Assembly: GCF_964204865.1 (NCBI RefSeq) | Contig: NC_135254.1 | Span: forward strand, 14,198,001-14,262,000 | Direction: 5' to 3' | Length of the DNA stretch: 64,000 bases | Origin: Styela clava | Lineage: Eukaryota | In this document: positions 53,901-64,000 of the stretch, piece by piece | Layout: each line of letters opens with the position of its first letter | Position numbering within the stretch: the first letter of the stretch is position 1 | The notes under the pieces: model-generated | What the model was told of the DNA's origin: nothing | Databases searched by the model: none | What the model saw: the letters and a program-made list of their open reading frames with translations, nothing else | Position numbers and translations under genes: made by a program

Positions 53901-56900
53901 GAAAGAGAGTGAGTAGAAAATTTAAAAAAAACTATGACTCACTTGCTGCACCGTTACAATCATCTTCTTCACAAATCTCTGAGTCTTTAGCTTTCCCTTC
54001 ACAATTGTCTCCTCCATCACATACTCGAGTCCGTGATATTGTTCCTATACCACAGGTCACAGAACAAGTAGACCAATTTAACCAGTTGTTCCACGTTCCT
54101 AAAACAAGTGCTTTATTTATTTATAGTCATAAAACTTCATGAAAAACGACTAATAACCAAGTAAAGTTGTATTCAGATGTAAGGTTGCAGTCACATCTCA
54201 TTTCCCATTTCGAAGATGGAAACCTAGCAGCAAATTATTTAAACTATTTTGCCGTTGGGTGATTCGAACCTAATGTCCTCTTTCTCACCCACAGTGTAAT
54301 AAATTGAGTGGGAAATGCCAAATCAAAATTCCGATTCTTCTAAAAATGATAGCTTTTTACATTATAAGTCTTCATTCAGAGTGAATCTACTTTGACATGT
54401 TTTAATTCATCTTTCCTTTTTATTAGTAAAAAGCTTACCCATCGTTAAACATTTATTCGTGTTGCATTCATCCGTCTGTTGATCTTCACCAAAGCATCCT
54501 GGGTTGCCAACCTTTCCGCCCAAACATTCTCTACTCCTGGATTTGCTTCCTCCCCCACAAGTAACAGAACATTTACTCCAGGTGGTCCATCTCGACCATT
54601 TAGCTATAAAAATGATTAAATATTATTGATATGACATAAAATATTTATTCTATTTTACTCAAATCTAAAAATATGATTCCAAAGACATTACAACATACTA
54701 TATAGTTAGATATTAAATACATAGAAAAATATTTAATAGACTCGATGTAATGTAATAACAAATAACAAAAGAGCAATGCCAAATACACGGGCATAAAGGC
54801 CAAAATAAATGTTGCAAAATTCCATCAAAGTTTTAAATAGATATTACTTAAAAATGTGACATGAAGATGTGTCCAAGAAATATTGAAACCAGCAAAATTT
54901 TGAATTGAAATATCGGTTCCGGTAGTACTCGAAAAAAAATTATATAAAATAAAAACAATAGCTTTCTAGCGATTATCAATTACAGAAATGGAAAATTTGT
55001 TAGTCGATTAGTTGCCTTGAAATTTTCTTCACAACAACAATAACAACTAGAACAGAACAACAATTTAGCCAATTTATAATTCCACTTAGGGTCCAAAAAT
55101 GCCCAAAATACCATCACTATGTCTATATTCATCACATTACCATTGCAAGAATTTCTACCATTTAAACTTTGATAACTCAGCACATCCAAGACAATGATAT
55201 GTATTAAGACCAAATAGGACAAAAGCAGGTAATTAAGTTAAGGAATTAATATCCTACCTTTATCCTCGATTAAAAAGAGGAAAACCTTTAAATAGATACT
55301 GCTAAGACAAAGCCACAAATAACATTGTACTTATATATATATGTTTATATATGTGACTTACCATCAACTCTACAAGCAGGTCTGAAGCAATTTTTTATAG
55401 CTTCATTATCTCCCCTGCAACCTGTGTCACCAATATTTCCATCGATACAGATTCTTTCTCTTGTTGTCTCTCCTCGACCACATGATACTGAACACGTTGT
55501 CCAGGTTGACCATTTGCTCCATAATGCTGCGTTAAATACAAGTTCGAACAATTTATTCCAAAACTTTTCTAACACCTCTAAGATAATTTGAAAGATTTAA
55601 TTAACACTTGAACCTTTGTTTGAGAATGATTGTACCCAAAAGTTTCAAAAATTTAAGACGCTTTTCACAAAAATGATGTTCTACCTAGAATATGTTCCAA
55701 ATGACCTAGGTTTTTTTGGGGCTACTCTGTCTTTATGACTTCATCTACAGATCTAACAATAGAATACAAGCTAGAGACAAGCGCTTTCGGCATAACTAAA
55801 TTGAATTTTCTTTTTGTTTATGCGGTATGACCTATCTGTTATTCTATTGTATACTCAAAACCAATTAGAGGTAAATTCTGCGCAGTTTATTACACTTTGT
55901 TTGTATTTTTTTTTGCGTGTATGACACATAGACACATTTATCACTATACACAATTCTGAAACCCGAACAGACGGTTTATCCTTTCTCCATCGTGTTTTAG
56001 GCTTTATTTTATCCCGCAAAGTAAGATTGACAATTTAGCACTTTTATATCTCCTATTAAATCGCTACCTTTTGCGAACACAATTCCCAAGAAAGCGACAT
56101 TTTACGGTAATGTAATTTACCGGGAAAGGACTTCTGCGCGAATGTAGTATAGAATTAATTAATAGTGTAAATGTTTGGTAAATAATCAGTAAGAATAAAG
56201 TAAAAGAGTAAAGTAAAGTACCTCGTTTACATGGTGGTCCGTCACATACATCTTTCATTATTAAACTTCCCAGGCAGCCAGGTTGCCATTGCCTCCCATC
56301 TATACAAGTTCTGGTACGACTCCTTTCACCATTACCACAGGTCGTACTGCATTCACCCCAATCACCCCACTCTGACCATTTGGCTGAAAGACAGTGGAGA
56401 AATATTTATTAGTATGTATCATAGTCAGATATTTTCATGATCATGTAATGAATTGTTCTTGTTGTATGTCTTAGTCCAATGCACGTCTCAAATGGTGCAA
56501 CAGACGAACACAATGATGAGTTAAAACTTGCGTCAACATGACGTTTAATGCGACTTCTAATCGTATTTTCGATATGACGTTTTTTCGTGCCGTTTTCGAA
56601 TTAGCCTCAAAACACGAAGCCATCGATATGGAAGTTTCATTATAATTCGACATAAACAGAATCTTTTTATTTCGGCATTGCCTACCCAGTTTAATAAAAC
56701 CCACTTTTAAGGGATTATTTTAGTTTTAGGCCTAATTAAGAACTCCAAAAAAGAATTCATCCAATTCGGTCTAAAATTTTCGAATTTGAGTCACTGTCTT
56801 TCTGCTACAAAAATTAATTTTCTGTATAAAAATTAAACTGTCTAATCTTTGTATCCGTATAATTAATAATAAATACAAACCCTTGATACAATCTACAGTA

Positions 56901-59900
56901 TTGCATTCTGAAGTTTCCTTCTCGTCTCCATCACATTCTCCTTGGGCACATTTTCTACTTCTCGAGATTTCACCGGTGCCACAACTGACTGTACATTTAC
57001 TCCAGTCACCCCATGGGCCCCAGATACCTATAAAATATAATTCCCGTAAAACGTTTCACTTATTCTCGATTGTATATATTTATATGTGGTATTTTGAACT
57101 TTCCGAACTTATCCCTCTAAAAAAATCATTTTCAGTCGTCAAATCTGTCGGTTAGCTCATTGCTATGTAAAGCAACGTTGCCAAATTATCTTGTGGGCGT
57201 ATACGTAACAGTGTTGGGCATGCCCGAGTCACTGACTCAACTTGAGTCATACTCAAGTTACCATATATTAAAAACTCGAATTGTCATGTCAAGTAAATGA
57301 CTCGGACTCGTCATCGACCAACCACCAGTAGGCAGAACCCAGTGTTTGACTTGACTTTGGACACGGACTCGAGGCTCGTATGGCCCGTGACTCGACTCGC
57401 GACTCGAGCGTTGGGGACTTATACCCATTCGAGTATCATACTTTGCCATATAATCGAATATTTAAAAATATACGATGTTTTCAATCACATTTACCTGCAG
57501 AGCACGATTGAGTGTTACATCTTTTGTAACCATAGTTATCGCCTTGACAGTTTTTCGACGGTGTTGGTTCTCTACATCTTCTTAATCTGTAATCAAATCC
57601 GCCTCCACATGATTTATGGCATCCGTTCCAATTTGCCCAGTCTTCCCATCCAGCTGTTACATAGACGGTAAGTTGTTACGATGTCTCAAGTATACCGCTA
57701 AAGTGGATTTATTGATAAAATGACTTACAACCACACTTTTCCATGTCGCATGTTGTTTCTTGTTCTTCCTCACATGATCCTACTTTACAAAATCGTTTTC
57801 TTTTGGATATCCCAGATCCGCATGTTACGCTACAGGGACCCCATGGTTCCCATTCCTTGTAATCGGCTGAACAAAATTAGAAGAAAAAAAAATTCGATTG
57901 AGTTCCAAAAACTATGTGGTTTTAATAGTGTCTCGTAATAACGACAGCTAACAAACAATTATCAGCAAAATAATACTTTGCGGGGCAAAGGTTCTTTTTC
58001 ATTATTCCAGTGTGTAAGCAGGTCGTGAAACTGACACCAAGTACAGTTTATATTCAAGTCACAAATTTATCGCAAAATGACAAACATATTTATTCTTATG
58101 CAATAAAAGGTAATGTAAAATCGTTCCTGAGGCCTAGTAATTTACAGCAATATCCTATTTTAAACTACCAATGCACCGACCAAATGCTTTTTTTATTTGA
58201 GAGTTAAAATTTTATTGTGGTCCTTTAAGTTTTAAGAATTGCACATTTAATCCGATGACTTTCGGCATTGCCTGCGCAATATATCATTCCCCTGGTGGAA
58301 GAGTGGGAATCAAATTTGAACTTGGGTTTTTATCCTGCGACACTATCATAATCAAAACTGGCTGCCACTCCCACCAAGAGAAAGTATTGAAGATTAATTA
58401 TAAATAGAACAACTTTCCAAAGATATTCTTATTGCTTTAACTATATTATAGCTATCTACCTTTTATGTCCAAATATTATACATCTAAATTCTAATTTCTC
58501 AGGCTAGTGAAGGTAATCACTGAAGTAAGACCTCCATGGACGTTAAGACTGTGCTTGTTAAAGGATGTGTGAGCTTTGTTCAATGAATTATAAGTATTTT
58601 TATTATATACGTACGTGGACAAGCCTCTATTCTACATGTCTTTGAGGACGTCTGTTCGCATGTTCCAACATTGCAATATCGTTTTCTTATTGAAAATCCA
58701 AATCCACACGTTTTGCTACATTCACCCCATTCCTGCCAAGGCCCGTACTTTTCCCCGACTGTGAAAAATAAGAACCTTGACAAACATTTCAAATAATAAA
58801 GATGCCATGCTGTTTGCCGGGCAGTGTTGGTGAGACTCGAGTCATTGACTTGAGTCTTGACTTTCTCACAGACTAAGTTGAATGACTAAGGAATGACTAG
58901 AGTTATCTAAATGTAATGACTCTAGTCATTGACTTGCTTCACCATTCATCAAACACTAGAAGTGACTCGAGTCAACTGAATGAAATAGCTAAGTCATCGC
59001 CTTAATTTACCATTTATCAAAGACTAGAAGTGACTCGAGTCATCCTAATTAACTTAATTAACCATTTATCAAAGACTAGAAGTGACTCGAGTCATCTAAA
59101 TGAAATAACTCGGGCTCGTCATCAAGTAACCCCTAGTGATACTTAATCAGTGAACGAATCAACCACGGACAATATTTTGTAAGTTCAAAGTTGATTAAAG
59201 TTCAATAACCATGATCACGAATTGATTTTGTATTGATAACAACGTAGCTAAAGGGGCGAAAAATAGTCAATATTTATTCTATGACTTCATAACGATTATC
59301 CAATTATTTCTTTCTGAATATTGTCATGTCTTCGTTGGAGAGGGTATCGTGCTAACGATACAAAAACAATCTAGAAACTCATACTCGTGGTTTAGAAAAT
59401 CAACAGATTATCTGTGAATTTCGAGGGAATCATAATATATATTTAGGGACACTAAAGCTGGTTCTCCATATCCCAGTCTGTTTACCTGTTTTGTCAACTC
59501 GTAAATACGTGAGATAGTGGAAAATGAAATGAAAAATTTGAATGAATTCGAGTTATGAATTAGGACAGGCTATATCTAATAATAAAGACAAAAAAATTAT
59601 TAGTCGTATATATATTTTCAATATTTGTCTCACGGTTAGTTTCGCAATCTTCCATTTTACAAGAGCTTGATTCTGTGTCTCTGCACGATCCTATTTTACA
59701 AAAACGAACTCTGGATCTAACTCCTGTGTCACATGTCACGCTGCATCCAGACCAAGGCATCCAATCAGCGTATTTGTCTGGGTCTGCAGAAATAAATCAA
59801 CGGAAATGAGTAGTATAATCAGAATGTCTAATTTCGCCAAAAGTAATTAAGTTATTGTCTAGTTTGAAAACTTGCTTTTTTAAAGACAAGCGTGATTGAA

Positions 59901-62900
59901 TATAAAGTAGGACACCTGATACTCGTAGTATATTCGAATGAAAGTCAAAATGCTGTCCATGCATCGGAAATGAATACCTGGCTAACAATTCCCATAATTG
60001 ACGAGATAAAGGAAAACTTTATGTTATGAAAACCGGCAAATTACACAAATTTTATATGTATAAAAATCTGTTAAAGTTTCGAATGAAAAAGTAATAGTGA
60101 TCTTCATTTATAAGTATAGCAAAACTATGAGTTAAATGAAAACAATTATAATTCAATTCTTCATTTATACCCCATATACAGTCGCAAGGTGGGCATGCTT
60201 CGATCGATCTCCATTTTAGCGCGCCTAAACACCAAGATAGGTGAGATAATTGTAAATGCTATGAAAAATGTGCAATTATTATTTGCTTGGTACCAGAGCA
60301 GCCAATTTATTTTTAAAGTAGTTTACTAAGATCGTGTTTTCAAAACTAAAAATTTTATAAAAATAGTCGAAAATCATTCATATAAATTTATTATCATGAG
60401 AAATATGACATATTATTTCAAAAAAATATTAATAAATATAAATTGAAAGCGCACTAAAATTATAAAAAAAACTTTCGGTTTTCAGATTCTAAGTATACGC
60501 ATTTTTATTTTATTCCAGATAGTCAGACCGTTGCGTCATTTAATACTCGACCGTGTTTGTGTTCAAAACGGGCCTTACCTCGATCATATCTATTTTTGAT
60601 AAAATAAAATTAGAAGTGAACAATTTTTAATTTATTCAAACTTTTATTTTGAATGAAAGCCTATCAAATTAATAGGCAGAATATTCATAATAAGATCACT
60701 TGAACTAAAAAAAAAAAAATTGAACACGAAGTGGAAATATTAATTGTTTAACTAAATAATTTTTGAAGTTGTTATTGGGATTGTTGTTATTAAGGGAAAA
60801 TAGCTTATTTCCGCGACTACGAATCGATTCTGAAGAGAAGGCTAGTACATCAACTTTTTTTAAATTTTAAATTTTTGAGGGCCAACAGAGCCCGATATTT
60901 TACCACACATTTTGCTGTTTTATATTAATGCATGGGAATGCTGTTTTGACGCTCGTGGTATTAGGTATAGGCAAGTCCACCGCTTTCCCGACCTTCCCGA
61001 CAATGAGCTAGCACCGTAGCGAAAGCGGTGGACGATTTGGAGCATTTTAATGATAGATTTTTGTGTAAATTTAGCATTAGGCTGTATATTGCTGGTCAAT
61101 CAGCCGTGATTCTTAAACTCTCATGATCTAAGCTGCCTATCTGCAGACTTTAAACACTGTCCACTTACAAAAAAATACCTGGTTTTGCATTTAACGCGTT
61201 TCCTACAGTTATTTTATGCGCTCAAAATGCCAACACACGAAAGCTAAATGTACCAAAGTCAAAGAATAAAACAAATTACAGTTAATTCATTTTAAATTAA
61301 TGTAATTATTGTGAATGGTTTGTAGTGAGGATTACGATTGTGGCCCCAGAGCACCGCTCCGTGGCCCGTTTGGGGGCAAAATTTCCATTCGCTAAATCCT
61401 ACAAAGAACCTTCGTGTTCAGATATCGAGCTCTAATACTTTGATTATTGAATTTTAAAGAAACTCGAAGAACATTCTGCTTTTTTAAATGCATCAGCATA
61501 ACACACACCTTCATCCAAACATCGTCGTATATTACAATATGTAAGTTGTTCTTGAACGCTCGATCCTTCCGGATATGACCTTGATCGTTTCATTTCTCCG
61601 GCACCGCATGTTGCGCTGCATGCTGACCAAGGACTCCATTCACCTTGTTTCGGAGAAGCCACCGCTATATGAGAATGAAAGCATGACATGCTAAATCAAT
61701 CAATCAAAAATGTCATGCATATTGGAAGCAACGATCCAATGATGGATTTGATCAGAAACGTGAAGCTATGTAATGAATTTTTAAAAGATGACGGTGTCGC
61801 GACAGACTATAATAAAAATAATCCTAAGCTGTTTTTATTGAATTGAAAGCTCATCATTTTATTATCCGTGGAAAACCAGTACAGCGGTCAAATATCCGTT
61901 TAAATTGTTTACGAAAATGTCAAACAAATTAAGTTATATATCATTAGAAAATTTCTGGAATTTGTATAATTTTAAATATGGCAGTGAAGGCTTGATGTGC
62001 GTTTGTCAATCAACGTTTGAAACTTTTACACTACAATGAAATATATTCTAGATATCTTAGTAAGTCCAAACGCAGGCCAACATTTACAAAAATTCCTACA
62101 GATCTTTTGTACAAAGCCCCCACCAAAAAAAGCATCCCCGCCAACGCCAAAATAAAAAAAAAATAAATTATCCAGTTAGGGTTAAGAATGCAGATTGTGC
62201 TGGAAATTTAAATTTCCAAGTCATTCCTAACACTAACTCCAACCTCCATTGGATAGTTAACGAGGCGAGGGTGTTTTTTTCTAATCTCACATTCTTGGCA
62301 GGGACTTTGCACATAAGATCCCAATATACTTTCTAACATATATGTGGAGGGTGAAGTATTATATTTTGGATATACACGTACGCTTTTCTGTAACAGTGCA
62401 ACTTGGTTGTCTGCATGTTCTTGTGTTAACTTCGACACAACCGCCTACTTTACAACGTCGTCGTCTTGTTTCTTTGCCTGATCCACATGTGACGTCACAC
62501 GCTGACCAATCTTCCCATGAATGAAATTGTTTATCGTCAGCTGAGAATAATTTTTTACATAAAATTGAGTTTTTTTGTTTAATCTTAATTTATCAATTGT
62601 TATTTTTTTCATTCTAATCAAAAAGCGCGATCAAGGAAGGCCATGTAAAAATATCACAGATTCTGAATATCACACTACTCTTGGGCAATAATAGACGTTT
62701 TGCTGTGATTTTGTCACGGTGTATTTACATAGATAGTCTATACCAGGGGTGGGCAAAGTTTTTGAACCAGGGGGAAAAGTTACATTTCATGAATAATATT
62801 TACAGTGTTACAAAGCGAAGGTGGAAAACAATAAGCCCCGTGCCAAAACTAAATTTACCCGCAATCTCAACAAATTCCTCGAGCTATTTTAGCTGAAACA

Positions 62901-63814
62901 TCAATTTTTTCACATTTTTTTCAATTTGGTTGATAGTTTGGTTGGCTAATAGGTAAGATCTATTTCAGGATTTAATCGAATGAGGAAAATAGCAGACGGA
63001 GTGAAAGTCGCAAGGTCAGCAATGGCGGTATTATTAAAACACACGCTTTCGTAATTAATCCTTGAATATAGGAAAGATCGAGTCGTCGAATTAATTTTGT
63101 CTCTCTATCATTACGCAATGTCTCAAAAATGCAAACCTAAGACTAATAAACAACGGTGTTTACATTTTTATAAGTCTGCTTTTTTTCTAATTATATTTTA
63201 GAAATTGTTTTTAGATTTGTATGAGCATGTTTTTATTTTTCGATGAAACTTCGAAAAATAGTTAAACCCCCGACCAGCACCAAATTGGATGACTACTCCC
63301 GCAGGCTGGCGCCCGAACGGCTGTGCTAAAAAGGTGTCACTCAACAGTCAAATATCAACTATGAGTGTAGCTTACGTTTGTGCCACTTGTAATATAGCCT
63401 ACAACCTCTTGAATTTAAAAAAGTGTGGTTGTTCGGAGAAAAATCTTTTTTTGTACCTGGAGATACCACGCTACCAACTGTATTTTATGGAATTATCGTA
63501 TTCTGATGGAAAATACTTACTACCACTATCCTGCGACTTAGATTATTTCTACATTATTTCATTCCTAATTTAGGGTACTTCTAAATTGCACCAGTTTGAA
63601 TTAATAAATTAAATTACTGGCGCTTGTGACCTGCCATTTATGTAATACTTACGTCCAGCACAAACCCTTTCCCGACAAGACTTCTCTGCCTTTTCAACAC
63701 AGCCTCCCAATCTACATCGACGTTGTCTGGTTTGTTTTCCTATTCCACAAGTAGCACTGCAAGGAGTCCATTCTTCCCATGACAAAAACTTGCCAGTAAT
63801 TGGTTTCGGGTCAG
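44948..63814 (-). CDS. Mosaic extracellular trypsin-family serine protease: (TSP1)x>=16 - CCP - WAP - CCP - S1A protease; 5' end beyond the window
   Basis: TSP1 exons (WxxWxxCSxTCG..R.R.C): 63653-63814, 62382-62540, 61509-61664, 59634-59783, 58615-58758, 57729-57866, 57495-57653, 56881-57027, 56222-56383, 55362-55526, 54439-54603, 53943-54098, 53355-53513, 53113-53274, 52528-52680, 51390-51551. CCP 50701-50889; WAP 50016-50156; CCP 49670-49843. Protease exons: 49165-49313 (R|VIGG..AWPWQV), 48471-48573 (WILTAAH), 48103-48224 (DYDIAL), 47541-47742, 46535-46679 (ITGFG), 45806-45938 (DACQGDSGGP), 44948-45112 (GIISWG..PGLY, TGA). Confidence 0.92.
48780..49087 (-). mobile_element. DINE-1/HINE-like element, second copy (protease intron)
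   Basis: Reverse-complement match to 33695-33995 (GTGAGATATCGCGTGCATCTAACAGAC). Confidence 0.7.
51660..51912 (-). mobile_element. GC-rich SINE-like element with tRNA-related head
   Basis: GC/CpG-rich island in an AT-rich intron; related partial copy at ~46775-46885 (CGCAGGTT..GATCCC) and a matching 3' piece (ATCCGACATGAACTG-like) near 14878. Confidence 0.5.
53660..53750 (-). mobile_element. tRNA-derived SINE head
   Basis: TGGCCTAGTGGTTAA...GTACGAGTCCCAC A/B-box-like motifs; a similar head lies at 50348-50445 (+). Confidence 0.5.
58822..59135. repeat. GACTCGAGTC-rich repeat (MITE-derived), with related copies at ~47820-48080 and ~57210-57440
   Basis: Starts CAGTGTTGG; three tandem ~60-bp units ACCATTTATCAAAGACTAGAAGTGACTCGAGTCA. 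Confidence 0.75.
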
Positions 63815-64000
63815 CTGTGAATGATAAATAGCAAGTTCATATATTCGTGGTAGACCAGGCTTCGTAGCACAGCCGATAAAAGGATCTATCCCAAAGGGAA
63901 CTTCTCTGTCATTCAATGTAGATTCGGCATGGAATTAGTATACTAGTTATTAGTGCAAGCGTACGGATCTGTGTAAAAAGAGTTTTGGGTTTTAGACAAT

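Noticed and set aside
51390-63814. Calling the TSP1 gene hemicentin, SCO-spondin, ADAMTS or properdin
   Set aside because: The repeats splice in phase into CCP, WAP and trypsin exons; no Ig, vWD or metalloprotease domains are seen, so those names would reflect only repeat similarity.

Overview
AT-rich, intron-containing eukaryotic DNA from an animal; gene content, intron style and repeats suggest a tunicate/ascidian (inference). There are four protein-coding genes. (1) An intronless APBA/Mint/LIN-10 adaptor (PTB + 2 PDZ), 727-2784 +. (2) A two-exon SDE2, 4605-6912 +, possibly co-transcribed with the APBA gene. (3) A CAMSAP/Patronin gene of about 33 exons, 10253-38671 -. (4) The 3' part of an unusual mosaic serine protease, 44948-63814 -, whose 5' end lies beyond the window; it reads at least 16 single-exon TSP1 repeats - CCP - LEV-9-type WAP - CCP - trypsin-family protease with complement-like marker residues, and is the strongest candidate for an undescribed system. 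Introns and intergenic DNA hold hAT MITEs with intact 8-bp TSDs, an internally deleted SPIN/GTF2IRD2-like hAT, DINE/HINE-like elements, tRNA-derived SINEs and a ~35-bp AP-1-site satellite that fills one CAMSAP intron. A 5'-truncated L1/Tx1-clade LINE with an 11-12 bp TSD sits just upstream of the CAMSAP start codon. Exon boundaries were read by eye from GT/AG and reading phase and may be off by a few bases.
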